From IMG/VR virus record IMGVR_UViG_3300027565_000001: 64,000 nt of DNA, one strand, 5' to 3'. Made by a program: the position numbers and the translations under genes. The notes beneath the pieces are model-generated. The model had not been told where the DNA came from, did not search any database, and worked only from the letters and a program-made list of their open reading frames with translations. This document shows positions 47,207 through 57,652 of this stretch, in pieces (the stretch's first letter is position 1; each line of letters starts with the position of its first letter). This DNA is from a virus.

Positions 47207-49480
47207 TTATCTCCGACCCGACAGCGCGAACCTGAACCGATTGCGTCCCATTCTAATGAAGGTATTGAGATCGCTCGCGGTCATGTTGATGCGGAACTGC
47301 CGCCCCCTGAAGCGCACGTCGACCTTGTTGGTGGTCGAGGTCACGGTGTAGGGGCCATAGGAGCGCGGGGTGTCGCCAGGGTTGTTGATCACGTCGAAGG
47401 TCACCTGCGCGGTCGCGGTCTGCGCGCCGTTGAACAGGCCCCACTTCATGTCTGGGAGCCACTGGTCGACGACGACGAAGTCCTCGCCATCGGAAATGAA
47501 GAACCACCCGGTCTGAAAACTCCAAACGAGAGGCTGGCCGTCCGCGTTCTGTCCATTCTCTTGCGAGTACAGGATGCCCGTCGGCGTCGCCATGATGGGA
47601 TTGCCGATCACGGACTGGTCGATGCCTATTGATCTCGGCATCGAGCCATAATCCCAAGACCCGTCGATGACGTTGACTTTGGCGTAGGTGTCGCACTGCC
47701 CGGTACCACCCGCCGTGGTTGGAAAAAACCACCAGATCTCATTGAAGGCAGTGACTGACTGCGACCAGCACTTGTCGAGGTTGGTGGTATCGATTTGCTG
47801 GAACACTGCGTCCCACACCGTGCAGGGGATGGTTATCGGGGCTCCACCGGCCAGCGCATGGAAGTTCTTGCGCCCCATCCAGTAGACGACGCCCGACATC
47901 TGCGCGATCGAATGGCGTGAGATCGTCCCGCAGTTGGCGCCGATCTTGGTCTGTGTCCAAATCTGCGGGAGGTTGACATACGTCGCCGACCAAAGATCCA
48001 GATCGGTCCAGAATAAAACCTGCTGCGGTGTGGCCATGCCGGCTTTGATCGCCGAGCCCGTAGGAATGCGCGACTGGAATGCTTGCGAGGTTGCATTGCT
48101 GGTGGGATTGACTACGTTCGTTTTCCAAAATGTATAATCGCTCAAATCGCTCGCCCGCCATGTCAATGGGTCCTGCGCCAACCCTATTGTTTTGGTGATC
48201 GTGCTCCCGTAGGCGATCAGGATTTGATACGGCGCCGCAACGAAGATCCCGCTGTTATAGAACGGCGCCCCTGAGATGATCTGCGAGTTCTGCACGCCGC
48301 TATTGGGCGTCCAGGTGTAAATGGCCCCATTCGCCGGACACGCCGTCAAGGTCGCCGCCCAATTGTCCAAGGTCCAGTCGGTCGCGGTTATGTTTGTCCC
48401 GGTCTGCGAACTACCGGCACCACCCACACCGCTGTAGGTCCCGCTGGAGTACGTGGAGAACGAGTATCCCGTACCCCCAGCCACCGGCCCAATGGTGATG
48501 TAGTAGACGAACTCCACATTGCCCGTGTTCATCGATGCCGTGGCGCCTGATGTCGCTTTGGCCGTCGCCGAGATGGTGAAGGTATCGGTATCGGTAATGG
48601 TAACGGCAGCATAGGTTCCCTGTATCGTCAGGCCACCAACGGTCGTGGCAATGGGAAAGACAATGCTGTTGCCGGCACTCAAGCCGTGGTCGGCGAACTT
48701 CACGGATACGGTGGCGCTGGCATTGGTGGTCGTGAACTGCGGTACTTGCGAGGGACTCGCCACCCCGCCAGATGTGTAGGCGCCATATCCCGTCGAATCG
48801 ATTCCGGTTAATGTAAAGTTACCCGCCCCCACCGCCGAGATCGCATAGACGTTGCCGTTGAGCTGCGTCATCCCCGACACGCCCGAGATATAAACGAGGT
48901 CGCCGTTGGCAAAATCGTTGGCGGCGGTGATTACACAAGGGTTGGCCTGCGTCGCCCCGGTTATGGTCGCGTTCTGCCGGGTATCGGCCGCATTCGACGC
49001 CGCGGTTATCTGGTAGGAGGTCGGCGATAATATGGTGGTGATCGAGTAGACTCCCGACAGTATTATCCCCCCCACCGCAACGGGCGTATTGAACGCAACC
49101 GAATCGAGGACGGTGACATTGGAGATATTGCCATCGACGATGGTCACCAGGGCCGAGGCCGATGTGGTCGCGAAGTTCGGGGTCACGTCCGAGGTAAACG
49201 TCTGGGGCGTGATGTCGGTGATGACGCCGCCGTTGATCACGTCCAAGGCGCTAGTCGTGCCGATCGCCAGCCAAGTTGATGCGTTGAGGTCGAGCCACGC
49301 CGCCAGCGATCTGGGCGTTCCGCCGAGTGCCAATGCAATGTATTTTGCCCAACCCCCAAGCTTCTCGAAGAAGCCCGCGCGAAACCGCCCAAGTTGCGAG
49401 GTCGCAAACCCGGCCTGCAGCGCCGTGCTTGTGGCTTCGGTGTTGACACCAGGTCGCAACGTGACGGACGCGAACGGCAT
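47207..49480 (-). CDS. large tail structural protein (757 aa)
   Basis: The N-terminus ...VTLRPGVNTEATSTALQAGFATSQLGRFRAGFFEKLGGW recalls tail-hub/tubular proteins of short-tailed phages. Tentative call. Confidence 0.75.
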   Translation of the reverse strand: MPFASVTLRPGVNTEATSTALQAGFATSQLGRFRAGFFEKLGGWAKYIALALGGTPRSLAAWLDLNASTWLAIGTTSALDVINGGVITDITPQTFTSDVTPNFATTSASALVTIVDGNISNVTVLDSVAFNTPVAVGGIILSGVYSITTILSPTSYQITAASNAADTRQNATITGATQANPCVITAANDFANGDLVYISGVSGMTQLNGNVYAISAVGAGNFTLTGIDSTGYGAYTSGGVASPSQVPQFTTTNASATVSVKFADHGLSAGNSIVFPIATTVGGLTIQGTYAAVTITDTDTFTISATAKATSGATASMNTGNVEFVYYITIGPVAGGTGYSFSTYSSGTYSGVGGAGSSQTGTNITATDWTLDNWAATLTACPANGAIYTWTPNSGVQNSQIISGAPFYNSGIFVAAPYQILIAYGSTITKTIGLAQDPLTWRASDLSDYTFWKTNVVNPTSNATSQAFQSRIPTGSAIKAGMATPQQVLFWTDLDLWSATYVNLPQIWTQTKIGANCGTISRHSIAQMSGVVYWMGRKNFHALAGGAPITIPCTVWDAVFQQIDTTNLDKCWSQSVTAFNEIWWFFPTTAGGTGQCDTYAKVNVIDGSWDYGSMPRSIGIDQSVIGNPIMATPTGILYSQENGQNADGQPLVWSFQTGWFFISDGEDFVVVDQWLPDMKWGLFNGAQTATAQVTFDVINNPGDTPRSYGPYTVTSTTNKVDVRFRGRQFRINMTASDLNTFIRMGRNRFRFALSGRR

Positions 49481-49860
49481 CAGTCACCGCTCGTAATCAG
49501 TTTTGTTTCAGCATGGCCATTGCCGATTACGGAGGGCGCCCGAGGCACATCCATCGCGCGGTTCAGCATGGTGATCAGCCCGGCAATCGCGGCCGACGAC
49601 TGTGCATCGGTCTTCTTGACCTCGGCCGTCATCTCGTTCACGGCTGCGGCGGTTTGCATCTGTCGCTGCGAGTTCTCTATGGTGAGGATGGGGAGGAACG
49701 CGATGGCGCAGTCCCACTTGTCGATCTCCTGGGTTGATTGGGGATTCTTGCCGCGCAGTTGCACCCACAAGGGGCAACTGTGACATACGTCGGCCATCGC
49801 CTTCTTGTGGAAGGGGCACTTGAGGTCGTCGGGGCCGCGTGGTACCTGTCGCTTGGTCAT
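49480..49860 (-). CDS. Cys-box protein in the tail module (126 aa)
   Basis: LKCPFHKKAMADVCHSCPLW suggests metal binding. Confidence 0.6.
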   Translation of the reverse strand: MTKRQVPRGPDDLKCPFHKKAMADVCHSCPLWVQLRGKNPQSTQEIDKWDCAIAFLPILTIENSQRQMQTAAAVNEMTAEVKKTDAQSSAAIAGLITMLNRAMDVPRAPSVIGNGHAETKLITSGD

Positions 49861-50004
49861 TGCATGCTCATGTGGAGTCTCATCGATGCTCGCTATTCCA
49901 CCACGTATCTGCCGGTTCTGCGGTTATCGCTCTCCCTTCCTGCGGCGCCTCCTGGCGCTCTTCTCTGTGCCTACGCATCTGTGCGACCACGACCACGAGA
50001 CCGC

Positions 50005-50862
50005 CTAGTTCCGGGTCGCTTGGATTATGTTCACATAATTGACGTTCATCGACAGCGTGTGAGTGTGGCCACCGCCGCCGCCGGTCGCCACTGCCGCAGC
50101 CGTTCCCGTGCTCGTGCCAGACGAACTTAGCGTGTCAACCGGCGGTCCAGCACCGCCGCCTTGGAACCTGTTTGAATCGAGAGTGTATTTGACATCGTGC
50201 GTATGCGAGGGAATATCGGCGACTTGCAGTGTGTATGACCCAGTATTCACTGAGGCTCCGAATACGGTATTGAACCCCGTAGCTCCGCCCGTACCAGCTC
50301 CAGTTCCCGAGACGAGCCGCAGAGCATAATCGTTTAATGTCACGACCTGTGTCCAGCCTGCGGGCGCTGAGGCCTGCGGAAACAGGACGGCAGTTCCCAC
50401 GGGGATCGGATCGGCCGTGGAAGATCCTACAAGCCCGACGATACGCGGGGCATTTGTGCTATCGAGGAACAGCGTACCGCGGCGTCCCTGAGGAAGTACG
50501 ACACTTCCCGTGCTCGTCGTCAGCGTGATGGTAAAGGCACCCGTCGTCAAATTCTCCCAGTAGTAGAATCCGTTGAAATACGTCGTCGCATCACCCGCCG
50601 CGGGGCTGACAACGATCGAAGCCGTAAGCGTCCCGGTGAAGCGGAACATGCAGTTCGATACATCCGCGCCCCCTCCCGCCGTGAACACAAGGCTCACGTT
50701 GCTCGACGCAACCGAGAACGTGCTGATGCCCGCGACGATCGTATCAAGAGGCTGGATAACGCCCGTGTTGACATCGACGCCGACCGTACCTCCGGCGCCC
50801 CAGACGCCGCTTGCGGAGCCAGAGGATTGTGCCGAAAGTTTCTTGAGACTTGTGAATGCCAA
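50005..50862 (-). CDS. tail fibre protein with tail-collar-like C-terminus
   Basis: ...IPSHTHDV...GGGGGHTHTLSMNVNYVNIIQATRN resembles the phage tail-collar/MdpB-type C-terminal domain. Confidence 0.75.
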   Translation of the reverse strand: MAFTSLKKLSAQSSGSASGVWGAGGTVGVDVNTGVIQPLDTIVAGISTFSVASSNVSLVFTAGGGADVSNCMFRFTGTLTASIVVSPAAGDATTYFNGFYYWENLTTGAFTITLTTSTGSVVLPQGRRGTLFLDSTNAPRIVGLVGSSTADPIPVGTAVLFPQASAPAGWTQVVTLNDYALRLVSGTGAGTGGATGFNTVFGASVNTGSYTLQVADIPSHTHDVKYTLDSNRFQGGGAGPPVDTLSSSGTSTGTAAAVATGGGGGHTHTLSMNVNYVNIIQATRN

Positions 50863-50865
50863 GAC

Positions 50866-51606
50866 TTATCCCCTTTGCGGCTGAGCAGTCGGCTCCAGCG
50901 CCTTCGACGACCAAGATGCTCCGGCCAATCTAGCGCGTGCCGCCCAGGCGGTTCCGCTCTGCATCAACTGTTGGTACATGGCCTCCCACGTATTCGCGAG
51001 TTGCGGGTTGTCAGTGCCAGCCGCTCCAAAATTCATGGTCCACGAACTCGCTGCGATCATCGTCGCTGCGAACATCAGATCCCAAAGATTGTCCGTAAGC
51101 CAACTTGAAAGATTGGACGCCGAAATCGGAGTGGGCTGGAATTTCCCGCAACATTCGATTCGATACGCTTGGTCCGGCCACGGCCCCAACAGCACCTGGG
51201 TCTGAGATGGAGATAGGTACGTGTTCTGGCTGATGTACGCTGCCATGGTGGGCACGGTCGCCCCTGTAACCGATGGCCACGTCCAATCAAGCACGGCTTG
51301 CGACACGAAGACCAGTGGGTTGCGCGTACCGGAGTCCGGTGCCGTGCTCGCTGGGGTTATGACATTAAGAGAATCGAGGATCAGAAACGTGCCAACGGAC
51401 ACGGGCAAGTTGAAGTTGCGGCTATTTGGCGTGCACGATGCGGAGCCGTCGCGGATGTTCGCATCAAGCAAATCCAATTCGCGGTACAGACGGTTTTCTG
51501 CGTATGCGATCCAGTTCGGCAGCGCCGTGAGAAACGCCGCGTTCGTCGAATCCACCACGATGGCGCTCGATACCTGCGTGACCAGGTCGTTGTAGTTGAG
51601 GGCCAT
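50866..51606 (-). CDS. structural (adaptor-like) protein, 246 aa
   Basis: Shares pattern (...YRELDLLD..., ...LGPWPDQAYRIEC...) with 56480..57124. Confidence 0.7.
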   Translation of the reverse strand: MALNYNDLVTQVSSAIVVDSTNAAFLTALPNWIAYAENRLYRELDLLDANIRDGSASCTPNSRNFNLPVSVGTFLILDSLNVITPASTAPDSGTRNPLVFVSQAVLDWTWPSVTGATVPTMAAYISQNTYLSPSQTQVLLGPWPDQAYRIECCGKFQPTPISASNLSSWLTDNLWDLMFAATMIAASSWTMNFGAAGTDNPQLANTWEAMYQQLMQSGTAWAARARLAGASWSSKALEPTAQPQRG

Positions 51607-51609
51607 CCG

Positions 51610-54573
51610 TCAGCTCCAGTTGCCGACATTGGTGACGGTGCCGGCGCCGACCGGCCAGAGACGAATGAACGACCCGGCGAGGACCTTTTCGGTGCCGTTG
51701 GGCTGGGCGGAGAATTTCACCTGCGGGATGAGCGTGCCGCCGCCGTTGATGTTGATGCGCCCGCGGATCTTGATGACGACATTTTCGGTGGCGGATGTCG
51801 ATGCCGCGGTGACGGCGGTGACCGAGGAGATCGCGGCGCCGACGATGTAGATGCCTGACACGGCGGTTAGCGCATTGGAGGTTGCGGTGTAGGCCTGGAC
51901 GAACAGATTGGTTCCCGCCGCCGTGATGGTCGCGGCGCCCGCAAAGAGCACGCCCCAAGTGTGCGACGTGGTGCCGGTGTTGGTTCCATAGTAGACCGCA
52001 TCGACATCGTAGGCCGTGCTCGCTGCCACCGTGAGCGCACCATTGGTCGAGGCGTTGAAGGCCTTCTGCGCCGAGGCGCTATCGGTCAGCGTATAATCGG
52101 CAGTCAGCGATTGGAACTGCTCGGTAACGGCCACCTGTCGAGACGATGCGACTGACGTGCCGTAAATGCACGTGCCGTCGTACTCGATGGCGCCGGCCAA
52201 TGGCGAGGTGAGATTGGTACCCGAGGTCAGCAGAATCGGTGCAATCGCCGTGGTGCCAGCGCCGATTTGCGCATAATGCGACGGCGCACCGCCGAGGCCG
52301 AGGCCGGTCTTGCCCTGAACGTAGAGGTTGTTGTTGCCGGCATCGACCGGGGTTGCGCCGAAGCTGAACCCTCCCGAAGCATACGCCTGCATGAAGGCGA
52401 CGCTGCCGTTGTTGGTGCCAAACAGAAGATTGCCGGCGTCGGCGAGGAAGAAGTTCAGCTGCGCATTGGATTGCTGCCCGATATAGAAACCAAGCAATCC
52501 AGTATAGCGACAGCGCAATTGATTCTGCCCGGTACCGTCCTCGATCAGTACGCGGTTGGAGGTAGATGGGGCGGTGTTTATGCCCCAGAAACCGCCAGTT
52601 GAGATCGTGCCGCGGGTAGACTGCGATCCCGTCTTGAATATGATGCTGTCGGTGGTGCCTGCGCCCGCGGTGCTCTCCAAGGTCAGCGTCGAGCTGGCGG
52701 CCGTGCCCCCGATCAGGCTGGGGCCATAGAATGCCGTCGTGCTGATCGTGTCGACGCCCTGATCCGACACACCGACCGTATAAACGCCTGCACCGATATA
52801 GACACCCTGGTTCTGCACGTTGTTGACGTTGGGCGTGATCAGCTGAATGCGGCTCGATAATGCCCCCGTCGTAGAGTTCAGCACCATCGTGCTGATCGAG
52901 CCGTACTGCACCGACAAGCTGCCTGGGCTCGATGATTGCGAGCCGCCGAACTGGATGACGCCGATCTGGCTTTGAGCGGGCGGCGCGGTGCCTGGGTTAC
53001 GCGACAACTCAAGCGCGGGGTTGTTGTCCCATGCCGTCGGCAATGCGTAATTGGTCGAGGTCGCGTTTTGTCCCGCGCCGAAGGTCAGCGTTATCGCCGA
53101 CGTGCCGTTGGTGTATTTGATCTGGGTGGAGACCGCGCCGTTGTAATCGTAGGAGACGACGGCCGAGGACGCATTGGTAATGTAGCCGATCAAGGCGCTA
53201 TTGGCGTAGCCGCCGGAAGTGTTACCGCCGGCAGCGGCATTGAAGAGCGTGGCATTGGCCTGGATGGCCGCGACGATGGCTGCAGCCACCTGCGTGTTGG
53301 TCTGACCCGTCGTGACGGTGACGGGAACATTCTGGGTCTGGGCATTGTAGGTAAAGCTGACGGTCAGTGTGCCGTTGGCGGCCACACCGGATACCGTTAT
53401 GGTGGCCAGCGCCGACGGGTCGGTCGACGTCAGGACGAGAACATCGGCCGAGAATACCGGATTGGCGTCCGACCATACCAGCTGATGGGTGGTTGGCGAG
53501 CCGGAGCCCTGCAGGTTGCCGCTCGAAGGATGAATGACGCTGTAGTAGGGCGCGGCGATCCAACTTGTTATGCCCGTGCCATCGGTGTTGAGAAGGTAGC
53601 CGGCTGTCCCAGCGGTCGTCGGCAGCGTGAGCGTCCACGCGGCGCTTGCCGAGTTCGATCCCTGCAGTGTCGTGGCAAACGCGCCAGCCGCGGTGTTGGC
53701 GAGGATCAGCTTGCCTTGTGTGGTCTGCTGCACGCCCAACGTGGGGGTGACGGTAAGGGAGGGAACGCCCGAAGACGACGCATTGAGAATGCCGCCGTTG
53801 GCCGTGGCCAACCCGGCAATTACATTGGCCGAGGAACTGTATAGCAACTGGTTAATGGTGGTCGTCGCCGGGTAGGTCGCCGTCGACCAGGCTGGAGTGG
53901 CACTTGATCCCGAGAGCAGGACTTGGTTGGCGGTCGCGGTCCCGGCAAGGATTTGCAACTGCGTCGCATTCGACCAGACGATGCCGCCGTTGGACGCGGT
54001 GAGAGCGGCGTTCGTTCCCCCGTTGGCCAGCGCCTTCCCCGCCAGGGTATCGGTAACGGCAGGGAGGCTGAGCGTGACGGACCCGAGCGCTCCTGCAACC
54101 GCCTGTACGATAATGCTGCCGCTGGTGACGTTGGCGAATGCAAGGCTGCCGAGCGTCGCCCCCGCAACACCCAGAGTGGGAGTGGCAGTCCACGTCGGAT
54201 CTGCTGCGGCATTACCCTGAAACAGTGTCCCCGATGCCGGCACGGCAATCTGCGTAACAGTGCCGGTGCCGTTGCCCACCTGCACGGCATGTGCGGTCAG
54301 CGTCGTAAGCCCGGTACCGCCTCCTGCCACGTTAATGGTCGGCAGATCCGCGAGCACGACCGCCCGAAACGCCGGCAGCGCCGCCGCCCCCGATGTCGGC
54401 CCGGCGTAGAGAGCATTCGCCGCCTGGACCGTCGTCCCCGAGCCGAACCCGGTGATCAGATTTACAGGGACTTGCTTGGTGGTTCCGCCCTGGACGATGG
54501 CCAATGGCTCGGTGCCGGATAATGACACGGCCGCCGGCAATCCAGTAATCGTGGTCGTCAGCGGCGTCGTCAC
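51610..54573 (-). CDS. long tail fibre / spike protein (987 aa)
   Basis: Gly/Thr/Ala/Ser-rich repetitive beta composition throughout. Confidence 0.8.
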   Translation of the reverse strand: MTTPLTTTITGLPAAVSLSGTEPLAIVQGGTTKQVPVNLITGFGSGTTVQAANALYAGPTSGAAALPAFRAVVLADLPTINVAGGGTGLTTLTAHAVQVGNGTGTVTQIAVPASGTLFQGNAAADPTWTATPTLGVAGATLGSLAFANVTSGSIIVQAVAGALGSVTLSLPAVTDTLAGKALANGGTNAALTASNGGIVWSNATQLQILAGTATANQVLLSGSSATPAWSTATYPATTTINQLLYSSSANVIAGLATANGGILNASSSGVPSLTVTPTLGVQQTTQGKLILANTAAGAFATTLQGSNSASAAWTLTLPTTAGTAGYLLNTDGTGITSWIAAPYYSVIHPSSGNLQGSGSPTTHQLVWSDANPVFSADVLVLTSTDPSALATITVSGVAANGTLTVSFTYNAQTQNVPVTVTTGQTNTQVAAAIVAAIQANATLFNAAAGGNTSGGYANSALIGYITNASSAVVSYDYNGAVSTQIKYTNGTSAITLTFGAGQNATSTNYALPTAWDNNPALELSRNPGTAPPAQSQIGVIQFGGSQSSSPGSLSVQYGSISTMVLNSTTGALSSRIQLITPNVNNVQNQGVYIGAGVYTVGVSDQGVDTISTTAFYGPSLIGGTAASSTLTLESTAGAGTTDSIIFKTGSQSTRGTISTGGFWGINTAPSTSNRVLIEDGTGQNQLRCRYTGLLGFYIGQQSNAQLNFFLADAGNLLFGTNNGSVAFMQAYASGGFSFGATPVDAGNNNLYVQGKTGLGLGGAPSHYAQIGAGTTAIAPILLTSGTNLTSPLAGAIEYDGTCIYGTSVASSRQVAVTEQFQSLTADYTLTDSASAQKAFNASTNGALTVAASTAYDVDAVYYGTNTGTTSHTWGVLFAGAATITAAGTNLFVQAYTATSNALTAVSGIYIVGAAISSVTAVTAASTSATENVVIKIRGRININGGGTLIPQVKFSAQPNGTEKVLAGSFIRLWPVGAGTVTNVGNWS

Positions 54574-54588
54574 GCCCAGCCCTCTGCA

Positions 54589-55341
54589 TCAGGTCAAGTT
54601 GATACTCAACGCCAACGCATCGAACTGCACCGGAGCCCCAACCGTTATCGACGGGGGCGGCCCTACCACGCTCAGCACACCACTCGTCAATAACGCCCCC
54701 CCGCTCGCCGCATTATACAGCCCCGCGTAGTTGATGTTAATAGCGCTCAACGAGGACGCAGTGACCACAATAGGCGATGTATTCGTGGCGATGGTCTGCG
54801 TGGTTATCGTGGTGGTGAGCTGCGAGGCAATGTTGGTGCGTGTAGCCGACCCGGTAATCGCCGCCAGCACGGAAACCCCCGCACTCCCCGTCGGGTTGCC
54901 GTTGAACAGGTCTAGGAACACAGAAGCAACCGACCCAAGATGGTACTTCATCGCACATGCCAGATGCACGGTTAGCGGCGAATCGTCTGGGTTGCGTGGT
55001 TCAGGGGTGATGAGATCCAGCCCGGACTCGGTGGTGATGATCGAGCCGTCTTGGGTGATCAAAAACGATGCCTCGTCCAAAGTGTAATTTTCCGGTCGGG
55101 CGTTATAGATCGGCAACGGATCCGGTGGCAGGATGACGGGCGAGTCCTGGGGATTTAGCGGGTCGATGTGCTTGGGACAAACCAGGAAGCGCGTGTTTTG
55201 CGGGGTCGTGGTGCCGCGATAGGAATACTGCCAGCGCAGTTGATGGAGTGGCCACTGGAAGCCGCAACAATCCGCCGCCGCCCAAGCCCGGGGATTGTCG
55301 GAATCGACTTCCGTGTTCTTGGGGTGATAGCGGTAGGCCAT
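54589..55341 (-). CDS. structural-module protein (250 aa)
   Basis: ORF between the fibre gene and the GIY-YIG gene. No family recognised. Confidence 0.7.
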   Translation of the reverse strand: MAYRYHPKNTEVDSDNPRAWAAADCCGFQWPLHQLRWQYSYRGTTTPQNTRFLVCPKHIDPLNPQDSPVILPPDPLPIYNARPENYTLDEASFLITQDGSIITTESGLDLITPEPRNPDDSPLTVHLACAMKYHLGSVASVFLDLFNGNPTGSAGVSVLAAITGSATRTNIASQLTTTITTQTIATNTSPIVVTASSLSAININYAGLYNAASGGALLTSGVLSVVGPPPSITVGAPVQFDALALSINLT

Positions 55342-55344
55342 CCC

Positions 55345-56457
55345 TCATGCCTCCTGAAGGAAGTCTTCAAGGAAGCGAAAATGAAGGCCAGCACAGCGCC
55401 CGTTCCTATAGATGGCCGCAGAAACCAATGATGTCGTTTTGCCGCAAGCGCGCGCTGCATCACCAATGCTATCAAACACAGTGCCAGACTCAATACAAAT
55501 GACCTTCTTTCGTTGTTTAGCCCACGTTCGTACCCAACCGGACATACGCCGCTCCTTGATGGCGGCAAGTTCTTCTGCGCTCTTGACAGGTCTCACGTAA
55601 GCTGGCTTGTCCGCATATCTAAAGCGCAGCCCGCTGACTGTAGTGGCGCCGTTTCTGCAGCACTGCACAACAGTCATCTGCGCAAGTTTATAGTGTTTTG
55701 CTGCGGCTCTGCCGCTCGGATAAGCCTTCCCATCAGTGATGCATACGACTGGTCGCGACCTAGATAGACGGAGCTTCTCTACGCGTGCTCCCAGACGTGC
55801 CTTGCGTTCTTCCATGATCGTATTGCATTGTTCAAGCGTCAGGGGCTTCGCAGCGTGTGCAAAGAAAAGACCGTTAGCACTCACCTCGCGACCGCTGCAA
55901 GAACTGCAGATACGACTGCAAGATACGCCGTAGGCAGCGACAGCTAGCTTTATGCCCTCAAACCAGCGCCCATCGTTCAGACATACGACCGGCCGGAAGT
56001 TCAGCTTCATTGCGGCCCTGGTCGCTAGCGTCTTGCGTCGCTGTTCGGCCGTCCACTTACGGCCTCTCATTAGAGGAATTTGCTTCCTGCGCCTTTCCTC
56101 TGTCCATGCCGCCCGAAGCGCCTTGGCCATGTAGGCGTGACGTTCTGGAGTCCACTTTGCGCCGTTTGGCGCATACTTGCCGAGCAGGATGTTGTACGCT
56201 GGCCTCAGCGTCGCAATGTAATGGCGTTCGCGATCTGCGGCCTCTCGTTCGGAGAGGCCGTCCTCAAGTACCGAGAACTCGAATGCATCGCCGCCGTATT
56301 TCTTAATCGCTTTGCCAAAGATGAGCGCATTGGCAATTCCCTTTGGCGAAGTGGCACTCCAGATGTGCATATAGGCGCGGCGTTCCAATGAAGTCCGCGT
56401 AGCGCCGATGTATAGCTTCCCGTTCACCTTGTTGCGGGCCACATAGACCAAAGCCAT
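55345..56457 (-). CDS. GIY-YIG homing endonuclease with three NUMOD/IENR-like DNA-binding repeats
   Basis: MALVYVARNKVNGKLYIGATRTSLERR...EREAADRERHYI...YNI (GIY-YIG core), then 3x V(V/I)C(L/I)xxGxx(F/Y)...GL(F/R)F(R/A). GC looks lower than in the flanks. Confidence 0.8.
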   Translation of the reverse strand: MALVYVARNKVNGKLYIGATRTSLERRAYMHIWSATSPKGIANALIFGKAIKKYGGDAFEFSVLEDGLSEREAADRERHYIATLRPAYNILLGKYAPNGAKWTPERHAYMAKALRAAWTEERRRKQIPLMRGRKWTAEQRRKTLATRAAMKLNFRPVVCLNDGRWFEGIKLAVAAYGVSCSRICSSCSGREVSANGLFFAHAAKPLTLEQCNTIMEERKARLGARVEKLRLSRSRPVVCITDGKAYPSGRAAAKHYKLAQMTVVQCCRNGATTVSGLRFRYADKPAYVRPVKSAEELAAIKERRMSGWVRTWAKQRKKVICIESGTVFDSIGDAARACGKTTSLVSAAIYRNGRCAGLHFRFLEDFLQEA

Positions 56458-56479
56458 TGCATGGGAGCCTTCTGCATCT

Positions 56480-57124
56480 TCAGGTTCCCCAGTATTGCTG
56501 CAACGACGGCATAATGTAAATAGGTACTTGCTCCTTATCCGTGGTCGCTGCGACTGACCACGCATCCTCCGCGTCTGCCTTGCGCTGTGGCTCCAGATCC
56601 CGCGCGTAGATGCGGGCTAGGCGATGGGCAAGCTTGGCGACATAGCAGTCCAGCCAACGATAGGGTACGTCGACCGTTGCCCCATTCGCGAGGCTGGCAT
56701 CCTGCACCTGGCGCAATTGCCTGACGTTGAAGACGTACGTTGCCGCAGCATCTGGCACCGGCCAGAAAGTAATCTGCGGAGTAGCGAGAAGATTTAGCCA
56801 AAAGGCAGTGGGCGGCCCTTGCTGGGATTTATTGGCAATGGCCGAATATTCAAATGTACTGTAAGCAAAGATAAGACGATCTGTTGAGACGCCACCAGAC
56901 GTTGTTGTGATATATGGCGCCTGGAAAGCCACCAAGTGAGGAGACAAAGTATACGTTGCTGTACCGGCTGTAAGTGTCTGCGTATACAGCTCGTCTAAGA
57001 ATAAGTTTGGGACCTTATTGCTTAGCTCAACTTGCGTGAGATTGCACTCATTGTAGGCGTCGTAAAGATGTTGTGCGCCGATCTCGGGTGGACGTATGCC
57101 AATACGGGCAAACGCCGAAATCAT
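56480..57124 (-). CDS. structural (adaptor-like) protein, 214 aa
   Basis: ...ITFWPVPDAAATYVFNVRQLR... parallels 50866..51606. Confidence 0.7.
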   Translation of the reverse strand: MISAFARIGIRPPEIGAQHLYDAYNECNLTQVELSNKVPNLFLDELYTQTLTAGTATYTLSPHLVAFQAPYITTTSGGVSTDRLIFAYSTFEYSAIANKSQQGPPTAFWLNLLATPQITFWPVPDAAATYVFNVRQLRQVQDASLANGATVDVPYRWLDCYVAKLAHRLARIYARDLEPQRKADAEDAWSVAATTDKEQVPIYIMPSLQQYWGT

Positions 57125-57197
57125 GAGATTCGACGTTGGGGGATTGAAGTTGTACGTCGAGGTGGTCGCGATGACACGCCCCTCCCGCTATCCCGCC

Positions 57198-57503
57198 CTA
57201 CGCACTCGCCCTTGGCGCTTCGTCGTGGCCGTTCGCTACCGGGGGGATTATCTGTGCGTCCTCCGCATCCTTGGCCGGCTTGGGGGGCAGCGGCGCCATC
57301 TTCTCGGCCGCCGCCAGCTTGCCCTCCAGCTCCGCTATCTTCTTGTCCTTTTCCTCCCCGGCCCTGCGTAATGCCTTGAACATCGCCTCCAGCTTGACAA
57401 TGCCGTTGTTGGCCTGGTCCCTCTGGCCCACCAGGGTTTCAACGATGTCGTTGTGCTCCTGCTGAATGGTCTTGATCTGGGCCTGCATCTCGGGTTCTGT
57501 CAT
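57198..57503 (-). CDS. coiled-coil protein (101 aa)
   Basis: Heptad-like charged sequence and a Pro/Ala-rich tail. Confidence 0.6.
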   Translation of the reverse strand: MTEPEMQAQIKTIQQEHNDIVETLVGQRDQANNGIVKLEAMFKALRRAGEEKDKKIAELEGKLAAAEKMAPLPPKPAKDAEDAQIIPPVANGHDEAPRASA

Positions 57504-57619
57504 GACGGCGAAGCGCCCTTTCTGTCTGGCTGTGGTCTACGCGGATTATACGCTACAGAAGAGATGGTCACCATCCCTATCGACGAGGACGCAGTGCACA
57601 CAATTCACCTTGAGATAAT

Positions 57620-57649
57620 GTGTGCCGCCGCATTAGAGCGGCGAGGCGG
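57620..57649 (-). repeat. GC-hairpin repeat, copy I
   Basis: gtgtgccgccgc-attaga-gcggcgaggcgg, 3 nt beyond the stop of 57653..58021. Confidence 0.85.
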
Positions 57650-57652
57650 TGG

